From: Bdellovibrionales bacterium
Lineage (GTDB): Bacteria > Bdellovibrionota > Bdellovibrionia > Bdellovibrionales > UBA1609
Assembly: GCA_050246815.1 (NCBI GenBank)
Contig: JBFWVI010000062.1
Location: 1 to 15,595, forward strand
Reading direction: 5' to 3'
Length of the DNA: 15,595 bases
Both the position numbers and the translations under genes were made by a program. The first letter of the stretch is position 1; every line of letters starts with the position of its first letter. Shown in pieces: positions 7,299 to 15,593 of the stretch. The notes under the pieces were generated by a model that did no database searches, was not told the DNA's origin, and worked only from the letters and a program-made list of their open reading frames with translations.

Positions 7299-8492
7299 TC
7301 AAAGCAAAATTTGGACAGGCAAAGAACGTAAATTGTATTGATTCGCCATGCTATAGCCATAAGCGCCCGTGTCTAAAACCGCAAGCCAGTCCCCGCTTCG
7401 GGGCGCCGGTAAAGAGCGCTGACGCCCCAGTACATCGGTCGACTCGCAAATAGGTCCGACAATGTCGCAAATCAAAGTCCGCCCCTTGGATTCAAAAAGC
7501 GGCACAATACGATGCTCAGCCTGATAAAGAGCCGGCCGCATCAAATGATTCATTCCAGAATTCAAAATCACAAAATTGCGATGTGGAGTTTGTTTAACAT
7601 ATTCGATTTGCGTCAACAACACACCGGAACGGGCGACCAAAAATCGACCGGGCTCCACCAGCAAATCGCAATCAAGCCCCTTTAATGCCACCTCCACATT
7701 AGCTGCGTAGCTCTGCAAGCGGTTTAGATCCCCTTGCGCATCGGTCCGGGTGTAGTCGATACCTAGTCCACCGCCGATATCCAGACTTTGAAGAGGCCAC
7801 CCCTCTTTTCTAAGATCTTCAAAAACGCGACGAATCAACCTGACCGCTTCAATCACCGTAGTTGTGTTTAAAATCTGCGAGCCCACATGCATGGCGAGTC
7901 CATAAAATTTGAGATGCTCTTCGTTGGTCCGTAAAATTGCCACGGCTTCGCGCAGATGCTCCAAGTTTAAACCAAATTTGTTTTCTCGATGTCCCGTGGT
8001 GATGTGATGATGGGTATCCGGGCGCACATCGGGATTTAATCGCAATCCCACACGCACTCGGGCTTTTTGCCCCCGACTGAGCTCGGCCAATCGTTCAAGT
8101 TCCGGCAAACTTTCGATATTGATCTGTCCGATTCCACAATCCAGGGCCCGCTTAAGCTCGGCCGCGGATTTTCCGACGCCTGAAAAAACGATCGCTTCAG
8201 CGGCTATTCCGGCTTCCAAAGCACGCTCGAGCTCGCCGCCAGAAACCACATCCGCCCCAATTTTTTGCCGAGCCATAATTTGTAGAAGAGGTAAAAAGGG
8301 GTTGGCCTTCATGGCAAAATGAATTTTAACAGGGCGCGCAAAAGCTTTTTTATACCAGTCAATTCGATTTAGAACATCATCCGAGCTGTAAACATAGACA
8401 GCCTCGCCATGTCCTTTGACGACATCACTTAACGGCAGAAATCGCTCATTTCGCCGAATCCCCAACACTCCATTTGCGTATTCATACGCCAT
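7299..8492 (-). CDS. lysA: Diaminopimelate decarboxylase
   Basis: FAMKAN (PLP Lys), DVVSGGEL, FSGVGK, NKFG, HVGSQ, DIGGGLG, EPGRF, RPALY, GPICESTD, GAYG. Confidence 0.97.
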   Translation of the reverse strand: MAYEYANGVLGIRRNERFLPLSDVVKGHGEAVYVYSSDDVLNRIDWYKKAFARPVKIHFAMKANPFLPLLQIMARQKIGADVVSGGELERALEAGIAAEAIVFSGVGKSAAELKRALDCGIGQINIESLPELERLAELSRGQKARVRVGLRLNPDVRPDTHHHITTGHRENKFGLNLEHLREAVAILRTNEEHLKFYGLAMHVGSQILNTTTVIEAVRLIRRVFEDLRKEGWPLQSLDIGGGLGIDYTRTDAQGDLNRLQSYAANVEVALKGLDCDLLVEPGRFLVARSGVLLTQIEYVKQTPHRNFVILNSGMNHLMRPALYQAEHRIVPLFESKGRTLICDIVGPICESTDVLGRQRSLPAPRSGDWLAVLDTGAYGYSMANQYNLRSLPVQILL

Positions 8493-8522
8493 CGTCTAAA
8501 GCGTACTCGACAAGGATACCCA

Positions 8523-9194
8523 ATGAAAACGTTTATCTTTGCCCACACCACCATGAATCGCGCCATAGTGGCCTATCGTTTTGAGAACACGGGGCCTGAA
8601 ACTTTGATTTTAGGCGGTGTGCACGGAAATGAGTCCGAGGGGGTCACCCTTGCGCTCGCAATTTTAGATCGAGCCTTGCAAACCTTTGATCTAAAATTAA
8701 ATCTTACCGTAGTTCCTATGCTCAATTTAGATGGCGTGTTGGCTGGCACCCGCTTAAACGGCCGCGGCGTGGATCTGAATCGTAATCTGCCCACCCGCGA
8801 TTGGACGACTGAGCTTTTAAATCCGCGCTATCCACCAGGCCCCCATGCAGCTAGTGAACCTGAAAATCAGGCACTTATACATTGGCTGGACCTACATCCG
8901 CCACAAATGATCTTTAGTCTTCACTCATGGAACCCCGTGCTCAATGTCAACGGTGATTGCCTGGCCGAAGCCGAGACCCTGCATCGTTGGCTGGGCTACC
9001 CTATTACACGCGAGATTGGCTATTCAACGCCCGGCTGTCTTGGAACTTATTGCGGCTTAGAGCGCAATATGCCAACTTTAACCTATGAGGTCGAACGAGG
9101 ACTGCCTGCAAGCCAAATCGTTCGCATTCACACCCCTGCTCTATGGGAAGCACTGAAAATTAGCGAAGGAAGGTTGGGCCAGCGTGGAAATTAA
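8523..9194 (+). CDS. M14 zinc carboxypeptidase, murein peptide amidase A (MpaA)-like
   Basis: GGVHGNE (HxxE), NLDG...RLNGRGVDLNRN, SEPE, SLHS, GYSTPG.LG, TYE. No signal peptide. SD AAGGA. Confidence 0.85.
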   Translation: MKTFIFAHTTMNRAIVAYRFENTGPETLILGGVHGNESEGVTLALAILDRALQTFDLKLNLTVVPMLNLDGVLAGTRLNGRGVDLNRNLPTRDWTTELLNPRYPPGPHAASEPENQALIHWLDLHPPQMIFSLHSWNPVLNVNGDCLAEAETLHRWLGYPITREIGYSTPGCLGTYCGLERNMPTLTYEVERGLPASQIVRIHTPALWEALKISEGRLGQRGN

Positions 9195-10038
9195 AACCAC
9201 TATCGACAAAAGAAAGCTCTACACACTCATCGAGCAAGCCTACGACATTGCCCAAAAGACCAACCGCATCGATGGATTAGAAGAAAAGCATCATGACGCC
9301 GTTGACGAATCGATTGGCGCAATGGATCGCGGCCACCTTCGTTCAGCCGAAAAAATTGACGGCAAGTGGCAAGTTCACGAATGGGTTAAAAAAGCAATTT
9401 TGCTCTATTTTCGCATTCGCCATCCTGAGGTTTTAGATTTGAATGGTCTTTCCTTCGTTGACAAAATCCCCGTGAAACAATGGAAAGGAAACGAAGCCGT
9501 ACGCGTAGTGCCACCAGCAGTGGTGCGTCGAGGCGCGTACATTGGCAATAACTGTGTCTTGATGCCAAGTTATGTGAATATTGGCGCCTATGTGGGCGAT
9601 GGCACTATGGTGGACACTTGGGCCACTGTTGGTTCCTGTGCACAGATCGGTGTGGGCGTGCATCTGTCGGGCGGCGTTGGCATCGGTGGCGTCTTAGAGC
9701 CCCTGCAGGCCTCACCCGTGATCGTCGAAGACCATGCTTTCGTCGGCAGTCGATGCGTAATCGTCGAGGGTGTTTTGATTGAAGAAGGTGCCGTGATTGG
9801 AGCCGGCGTCATCTTGACCGCCTCGACCAAAATTGTCGATGTAACCGGTGAAAAGCCGGTGGCCTCAAAAGGCCGAATTCCCAAAAATTCGGTGGTGATT
9901 CCTGGTATGACCTCGAAAGAATTCAAGGCCGGTACAGCCGGGGTCCCCTGCGCCTTGATCATCGGGCAGCGCACCGACGGCACCGATAAAAAAACTTCGC
10001 TCAATCAAGTTTTAAGAGATTTCGACGTTTCGGTTTAG
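9184..10038 (+). CDS. dapD: 2,3,4,5-tetrahydropyridine-2,6-dicarboxylate N-succinyltransferase
   Basis: WVKKAILLYF, DKIP, RVVPPA, LMPSYVNIGAYV, MVDTWATVGSCAQIG, HLSGGVGIGGVLEPLQ, KTSLN. GTG start overlapping the upstream gene. Confidence 0.98.
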   Translation: MEIKTTIDKRKLYTLIEQAYDIAQKTNRIDGLEEKHHDAVDESIGAMDRGHLRSAEKIDGKWQVHEWVKKAILLYFRIRHPEVLDLNGLSFVDKIPVKQWKGNEAVRVVPPAVVRRGAYIGNNCVLMPSYVNIGAYVGDGTMVDTWATVGSCAQIGVGVHLSGGVGIGGVLEPLQASPVIVEDHAFVGSRCVIVEGVLIEEGAVIGAGVILTASTKIVDVTGEKPVASKGRIPKNSVVIPGMTSKEFKAGTAGVPCALIIGQRTDGTDKKTSLNQVLRDFDVSV

Positions 10039-11303
10039 TTGCTGGTTCCACGCAAAGCCTCAGCAGAATTGCTGCGTGTGCTCATGTGAGCCGGAAACCA
10101 CGACCCAACCACTGCAATCACTGCAGCCACGCTCAAAATCACCACGATCATCGTACCATTGACCTGAGCCGGAATAGTGCGATCGTAATAAATCGACGGA
10201 AGCAAATTCATAGGAAAGCGGTCTAACACCCAACAAATCGAAACACCTAATATCACACCGGCACCAACTCCCAAAGATGACAGCCACACTCCCACCATGG
10301 CGAACACCTGTCGCGTACGTCGGGCATTCAACCCCATGGCCATAAGGATACCAATCTCTTTGCGTTTTTGGGTTACCAACAAAATCAGCACAGTTAAAAT
10401 CGAAAAACTAGTAATCAAAGCACTGAGGCCCAAAAAAATTGTCATCGACAACTTTTCCATCTTGAGAGCAAAAAACATGGCTGAATTTCTTTCGGGCCAG
10501 GTCTCAACCGTGAATTGAGCTGCTTTTAGTTTTTGTGCTGCCTCTTCGTAAGCATCGCCATTTTTTAGACGAATCTCGACCCCAAGCTCTTTACTTGCCG
10601 TATTCTTGAGCGCCTTAAGTGAATTTTCGCGGTCATAGATCAGCAACTTACCGTCAACATCCTGTAACTGACTGTAAAAGAAGTCCTTCACCGTAACCGT
10701 CTTCATTGGCGGGGCTTCATCGGCTGGCAATAATAAGACCTCAGGAGCGATCAGAACCAGCTTGTCTCCCGCGACCAGCTGCAGGCCCTCGCCAAGTTCA
10801 CTGCCAATGACGACTTCGTCCTCGGTCAACTCCCAGGGGTCAACTTCTATTTCTTGTGACCCACCATCATGAAGCGTGACCGAGTCGCCGCGCTCAGGAT
10901 GCCGTTTCAACCTTTCTGCCAAATCCTTGATTGCTTGAGAAGCCAAACCTTTGGCGACAGCGCCGGCAAAAAAACCGTCCACTGTTTTTAGAATCACATC
11001 CTGCGAAGCAAAACCCGTCACTCCGGTTAACTCATCAGCTAAAATCTCACGAATTTTTTTCTCTGAATGCTGAATCCAAACTTCTTCTTTGACGCCACTG
11101 GGTGCGTGCACCACCAAATGAGGTTCGGCGCGTAAATGCCGATCACGAATAACTTGATTAAAGCCATTCATCACCCCAACCACGACGATCAATGCGGCCA
11201 CTCCGATCATAATGCCGACCATGGACATCCAGGCTACCGTACGGATCAACGCACCAGAACGGCGAGAAAGCAGATAATGGGTAAAGATTTTCCAACTTAG
11301 CAT
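10035..11303 (-). CDS. LolC/LolE-like (FtsX/MacB-type) lipoprotein-releasing ABC permease
   Basis: GVAALIVVVGVMNGF, periplasmic domain, FFALKMEK, KRKEIGILMAMG, YY..TIP, WFPA...AEALR. 1+3 TM layout. Confidence 0.92.
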   Translation of the reverse strand: MLSWKIFTHYLLSRRSGALIRTVAWMSMVGIMIGVAALIVVVGVMNGFNQVIRDRHLRAEPHLVVHAPSGVKEEVWIQHSEKKIREILADELTGVTGFASQDVILKTVDGFFAGAVAKGLASQAIKDLAERLKRHPERGDSVTLHDGGSQEIEVDPWELTEDEVVIGSELGEGLQLVAGDKLVLIAPEVLLLPADEAPPMKTVTVKDFFYSQLQDVDGKLLIYDRENSLKALKNTASKELGVEIRLKNGDAYEEAAQKLKAAQFTVETWPERNSAMFFALKMEKLSMTIFLGLSALITSFSILTVLILLVTQKRKEIGILMAMGLNARRTRQVFAMVGVWLSSLGVGAGVILGVSICWVLDRFPMNLLPSIYYDRTIPAQVNGTMIVVILSVAAVIAVVGSWFPAHMSTRSNSAEALRGTSN

Positions 11304-11371
11304 GGCGCCCAGAGTAGTACAGGCAGGCTATTTTAGGCAACTTGGGAGACCTTATTTAGGCGCTTTACGGA

Positions 11372-12331
11372 CTATTTGGCACTGCTGCTCGCGGGCTGCC
11401 GCTCTTCTTGGCGCACCTCTTCGACTTTGCCACGCAGCAAGAACGATTTTTGCAACGCCTTGAGCAACACCACAGTTTCATTTAAAGCTTCCACAGCTTT
11501 TAAACTGGTTTTGGGCAACTCGGGCGCAATTGTCGCGATGGCCGGAGCAAGCTTTTGCATTTCAGCAGTTAGAATATTCAAGTTGTTCACCATTTGTCCC
11601 AACTGTCGCCCCATATCAGGAGACTCTTTCACCATGGCCGGGATCACTTGCCCCAAATCAGTGCTGATTTGGGTCAGATTGCTAAGTAAGAGTTCTAGGC
11701 GCTTTTGTTTGGTCACAGCATCAGTGATTTTGACCATGCCTATGGCCATTTCATTCACATTGGACATCAAGGGTGCCATACGATCGAACATTTTCACCAA
11801 AGATTTGGTACGTTCAGGGTCAGCAAAGGCTTCGCCTAAAGCCATCAAGCTGGCGCTCAGACGATCCAGTGTACCCATAAAAGGCCCCATCTTTTTGCCG
11901 CTCACCACATCCATGATATCAAAACTCTCTTTTAGGGCGATTGGCTGACCAGGCTCTAACTCGGGCTCAGTTTCATTGCCCACGCTGATCTCAAGAACCT
12001 TATCGCCAATAATGAAAGGGCGCAGCACCTGAACCATACTGTCACGTCGAATTTGCGGGCGAAATTTTTCAAACACTTCAAAACGAACGCGCACTTTTTC
12101 TGCAGAAAGAAGCTCGATGTCTGATACCGAACCTGCGCGCAAGCCCGCTATTTGCACCAATGTGCCCGCATGAATCCCATCGCCGCTGGTCATCGTGGTT
12201 TCAAAAGAGATCTTGCTTGAAAACCAGCCTTTTTTCACAGCCACACCACCAGCCACGGCCAGCAGGCCCAAAAGAGCTGAACCAACAAACAGACCCGCCA
12301 CCCTTTCAAATTTATTGAATTTGATCTTCAC
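11372..12331 (-). CDS. MlaD/MCE-family protein with long helical C-terminal region
   Basis: GTG start at 12331 overlaps the upstream TGA, with SD GGAGG. One TM helix, MCE motif GIHAGTLVQIAGLRAGSV...IIGDKVLEI, then a long amphipathic helical tail ending KSFLLRG. Confidence 0.92.
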   Translation of the reverse strand: MKIKFNKFERVAGLFVGSALLGLLAVAGGVAVKKGWFSSKISFETTMTSGDGIHAGTLVQIAGLRAGSVSDIELLSAEKVRVRFEVFEKFRPQIRRDSMVQVLRPFIIGDKVLEISVGNETEPELEPGQPIALKESFDIMDVVSGKKMGPFMGTLDRLSASLMALGEAFADPERTKSLVKMFDRMAPLMSNVNEMAIGMVKITDAVTKQKRLELLLSNLTQISTDLGQVIPAMVKESPDMGRQLGQMVNNLNILTAEMQKLAPAIATIAPELPKTSLKAVEALNETVVLLKALQKSFLLRGKVEEVRQEERQPASSSAK

Positions 12332-13047
12332 GCGACCTCCGCCTTCTGAGAGGAGTTCGTACTCCAAACTAATTTCATGTCCGCTAATTCGAGATCCACA
12401 TGGTTTAATTGGTTCAACCAATTCTGATCTTCCGAACAGATGACCACATAACGCAGTTTTTTATTTTTCATCTGTGCTTTAATCCAATCGCACAATGCCG
12501 CCTTGGCTAAAATGCTTAAACCCGTCGTGGGGTCATCTAAGAGCAAAATTTGAGGCATCATAATCAAGGATCGCGCCACACACGTGGCTTTACGCTGGCT
12601 ACCTGAAACTGCAGAGGGTCTTTGATTTTGTTCGCGCACAAGGTGAAACAAATCCAACATCTCATCAACGCGACGATTGATCTCATCAAGCTCAAAGCGT
12701 TTATGATACTGAAGGGGCAGAGCCAAATTCTCTCTCAAGGTTCGATTGTTCAAAAGCCCATAAAGATCAAAACCGTAGCCGATCTGCAGCCGGTAAGGCA
12801 AAAACTCCTCAAAGGACATTTGATCCACCGCCTGGCCGTTGATCAAAATTGTACCTGCACTTGGCTGACTAAGCCCCACTAGAAGACGCAAAATCGAAGA
12901 CTTACCAGCCCCCGCCATGCCACTCAAGCGTACAATTTTGTGGCAGGGCAGTTCACAGGTCGCCTCTTGCAGAATTGCTCTTTGTTCATAGCCAAAACAC
13001 AGGTCCTGCACCGCCACACTTTCGATTTCGATTTCGGCGATACTCAT
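12328..13047 (-). CDS. MlaF-like ABC ATP-binding protein with degenerate motifs
   Basis: Walker A GMAGAGKS, TLRENLALPL, signature VSGSQRK, Walker B ILLLDDPT. Located between mlaE-like and mlaD-like genes with overlapping start/stop codons. Confidence 0.9.
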   Translation of the reverse strand: MSIAEIEIESVAVQDLCFGYEQRAILQEATCELPCHKIVRLSGMAGAGKSSILRLLVGLSQPSAGTILINGQAVDQMSFEEFLPYRLQIGYGFDLYGLLNNRTLRENLALPLQYHKRFELDEINRRVDEMLDLFHLVREQNQRPSAVSGSQRKATCVARSLIMMPQILLLDDPTTGLSILAKAALCDWIKAQMKNKKLRYVVICSEDQNWLNQLNHVDLELADMKLVWSTNSSQKAEVA

Positions 13048-13880
13048 AATACACCCAGCTTCATCAATTGATTCAGATAAAAAATGGTGGTCACAATCAG
13101 ATTGAAACAGGTCACGTATATCACGCTGTTCACCACCGCCTTGGTAGTCACTTGCGGAACCTCGTGCGGCCCCAACTTCACTTGCATACCTTGGTAACAG
13201 CTGACGCTGAATATAATTGCCCCCGAAAAAGTGTTCTTTAAAATGAATAAAATTGCATCTTCAGCTGTCAACGCACGCGCCAACGAATCGGCATAAAACG
13301 AAAAGGGCGTCGAATCCACCAGCCTTGTCACCAAAAAACCGCCAATCAACGAGATCAAGATAAAATAAAATGCCAAACACAAAACACTGATAATGCCGCC
13401 CACAAGCCGCGGAAAAACCACATAGCTTAATGGGTGAATGCCCATCACTTCCAAGGCTTCGATTTCGCGATTCACACGCATATTCCCCAGTTCAGAAGCC
13501 ACAGCCGTCCCCGATCGGGCGATCACGATCAGAGCCGTCAGAAGTGGACTCACCTCGCGCACGATGATGACCACCAATAAGTTGCCAATCATCTCGCTGC
13601 CGCCCAAAAGATTCAGCTGCGCTTGCGTTTGCATGATCACCACGCTACCGCTGGCCAAAGCTAAAACAGAAATCAAAGGAAGAGCCTGCCAGCCCGTGAA
13701 GTAAATCTGTGCAGAAACGACACTAAAAACTGTTCGTAAACCCTGCGCTTGATCAAAAATGGCGGCGCGAATGGAAAGATAGATCATCAAAAGCACGTTG
13801 GTGGTGTACGTCACCACGCTGATCGCGCTTTGCCCCCATCCATCGATCTGGCGCAAAATCAAATTTGACTCCGAACGCAT
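13044..13880 (-). CDS. mlaE: MlaE-family ABC permease
   Basis: IVREVSPLLTALIVIARSGTAVASELGNMRVNREIEALEVMGIHP...VFPR and TTKAVV. SD AGGA. Confidence 0.95.
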   Translation of the reverse strand: MRSESNLILRQIDGWGQSAISVVTYTTNVLLMIYLSIRAAIFDQAQGLRTVFSVVSAQIYFTGWQALPLISVLALASGSVVIMQTQAQLNLLGGSEMIGNLLVVIIVREVSPLLTALIVIARSGTAVASELGNMRVNREIEALEVMGIHPLSYVVFPRLVGGIISVLCLAFYFILISLIGGFLVTRLVDSTPFSFYADSLARALTAEDAILFILKNTFSGAIIFSVSCYQGMQVKLGPHEVPQVTTKAVVNSVIYVTCFNLIVTTIFYLNQLMKLGVL

Positions 13881-13940
13881 TTAGAATTCCTGAGTTATCT
13901 TCATGATCTATTCGGTTTTTTGTGATGATGCCTTGAACCT

Positions 13941-14498
13941 CTAATAGGCCCAAAGCGAATAGAAAAATGATTTCACAGTCTCGCCCCAAGCCGAGGCCAG
14001 GTCGGGCCGCAACTCACCGCCAACCATGGCATAGACCACGATTGGAAAATCCTGTGGAAAAACTCCACGAAAGGTTTGATATGCACGATGCATATGCAAG
14101 GTCGAGGTCACCAGCGCAACGCTGCGACAATGCAAGGCCTCGACCAAGGGCAGGCTTTGAATGGCATTGCCATAGGTCGTGGTCGACCGCCGCTCCAGAA
14201 CCACATCGTCTTCTCGTAATCCCCCATACAAAGACCATTGAGGCAAAACTTCCCGCCACTCCACTTTGGGATGAACGCCTGAAACAATCAGTTTTTTTAC
14301 AGCTCCCCTATAAAGCAAATCCAAACCCTCACGCACACGACCAGGGCCACCTGTCACAACAATAGCGCAATCCGCCTGGATATCTTCTCGCCATGCTGTG
14401 GGTGGCGTCCCTGTGACGTTATCGTACTCTATGCGAAAACGCACAATCACAAGAACGACCAAGACCAGCAAATTGAGCAAAGCCAGTCTTCGCCACAT
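13941..14498 (-). CDS. YdcF/DUF218 (ElyC/SanA-like) family protein
   Basis: N-terminal TM helix, AIVVTGG, LIVSG, STTTYGNA, LVTSTLHMHRA, E.VK. Confidence 0.92.
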   Translation of the reverse strand: MWRRLALLNLLVLVVLVIVRFRIEYDNVTGTPPTAWREDIQADCAIVVTGGPGRVREGLDLLYRGAVKKLIVSGVHPKVEWREVLPQWSLYGGLREDDVVLERRSTTTYGNAIQSLPLVEALHCRSVALVTSTLHMHRAYQTFRGVFPQDFPIVVYAMVGGELRPDLASAWGETVKSFFYSLWAY

Positions 14499-14504
14499 GG
14501 ATGA

Positions 14505-14885
14505 CTATCCCCGCTTTGCAATCACTTCGATTTCAACATTGACGCCCTTAGGAAGGGCCGCCACCGCAATGGTCGAACGGGCAGGATATTGCCCCTTGAA
14601 ATACTTCGAGTAGACCTCGTTCACAGCGGCAAAATCAGACATGCTGGTCAGAAAAATCGTGGTCTTGATGATCGCTGAGTAATCTAGATCTGCAGCTATT
14701 AAAACAGCGCCTATATTATCCATCACCATTTTAGCCTGTTCTTTGATGTCGCCCGTGAACACCCCATTGGTTTTTGGATTGATCGAAATTTGGCCCGAAC
14801 AATAGAGCATACCGTCCACTTCAACGGCTTGCGAATAGGGGCCAACCGGAGCCGGCGCAGATTTGCTTTCGTGTATACGCTTCAT
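14505..14885 (-). CDS. ridA: RidA family enamine/imine deaminase
   Basis: APAPVGPYSQAV, SGQI, KTTIFL, FAAVNEVY, PARST (catalytic Arg), LPKG..VEIE. SD GAGG. Confidence 0.95.
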   Translation of the reverse strand: MKRIHESKSAPAPVGPYSQAVEVDGMLYCSGQISINPKTNGVFTGDIKEQAKMVMDNIGAVLIAADLDYSAIIKTTIFLTSMSDFAAVNEVYSKYFKGQYPARSTIAVAALPKGVNVEIEVIAKRG

Positions 14886-14894
14886 ATAAGCCTC

Positions 14895-15401
14895 TTAAAA
14901 ATAAAATGTAGCGCCTGCGCGCAAGGGACTGTCGCCGATCGTACGAAAGCGAACTTCACTTGAAATCGAAGTCACGCCAACACCCATTTCAACATTGAAT
15001 CCTAGGCTGTCCAACCCAGGCAAAAAGAATTCCAGGCCACCGAATCCGGCCAGATCAAAACCAGAGTCATTGTTAACTGCATCGGTGACCGCGTCACGCT
15101 TTTCACGGCTAATTAGGCCACCGCTGGCGCCCAAGTAAAAATTCATATTGTCCTCTTGAAAGATGGTCCGCATGATCCGAGCCGAAAAACCGAACTTAGC
15201 CTCATCTTTCGCCGTGTCGACCCCCAAAGAAGCGCCGACTGCCATGTCTGTGCTCGGGTAATAACGCACAGCCAGACTTGGCAAGCCCTCGGTGATGCCG
15301 AATTGATCGGTGTAACCAACCCCTAGGCGGTTCGCCAAATCCTTGCCAAAAGCAGGTCCAGAAACCGTCACAAAAGCCAATAGCGCAAGCAAACGCCGCA
15401 T
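14895..15401 (-). CDS. Small outer-membrane beta-barrel protein, function unknown
   Basis: Signal peptide MRRLLALLAFVTVSGPAFG from ATG 15401 (SD GGAGGG), alternating amphipathic strands, and C-terminal beta-signal GATFYF. Confidence 0.82.
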   Translation of the reverse strand: MRRLLALLAFVTVSGPAFGKDLANRLGVGYTDQFGITEGLPSLAVRYYPSTDMAVGASLGVDTAKDEAKFGFSARIMRTIFQEDNMNFYLGASGGLISREKRDAVTDAVNNDSGFDLAGFGGLEFFLPGLDSLGFNVEMGVGVTSISSEVRFRTIGDSPLRAGATFYF

Positions 15402-15517
15402 TTTTCCCTCCCGAAAGGCCCCTATTAACCCTTCAAGCCCGCGAGAATTCAAGCGAATTATTTGCTTGCCTGAAAGATGGCGCTGCGGCTAAAACAGACC
15501 CTCGTCATTGAACGAAT

Positions 15518-15593
15518 GGGGTGATAGCTCAGCTGGGAGAGCACTTGCATGGCATGCAAGAGGTCGTCGGTTCGATCCCGATTCACTCCACCA
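15518..15593 (+). tRNA. tRNA-Ala (anticodon GGC), CCA encoded
   Basis: Acceptor GGGGTGA/TCACTCC with the G3:U70 Ala determinant, anticodon arm CTTGC-ATGGCAT-GCAAG, T loop TTCGATC. Length 76 nt. Confidence 0.98.

Noticed and set aside
12332..12421. Longer starts for the MlaD-like ORF (12421) and, similarly, the barrel ORF (15452)
   Set aside because: Downstream starts at 12331 and 15401 have SD sequences and correct TM/signal positioning, and 12331 avoids a long overlap.
1920..14613. Many 60-190 aa antisense or alternate-frame ORFs (e.g. 2358..2807, 9588..10004, 11376..11948, 13967..14365)
   Set aside because: All lie within well-supported genes and show no recognisable motifs.
15462..15495. 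Promoter for tRNA-Ala (TTGCCT-18-TAAAAC)
   Set aside because: The position is plausible, but the -10 lacks the conserved final T; too weak to call.
1064..15517. The whole tRNA-to-tRNA block as a genomic island
   Set aside because: The content is largely housekeeping, and both tRNA 3' ends face away from the block; the mobile element lies to the left of the tRNA-Leu 3' end.
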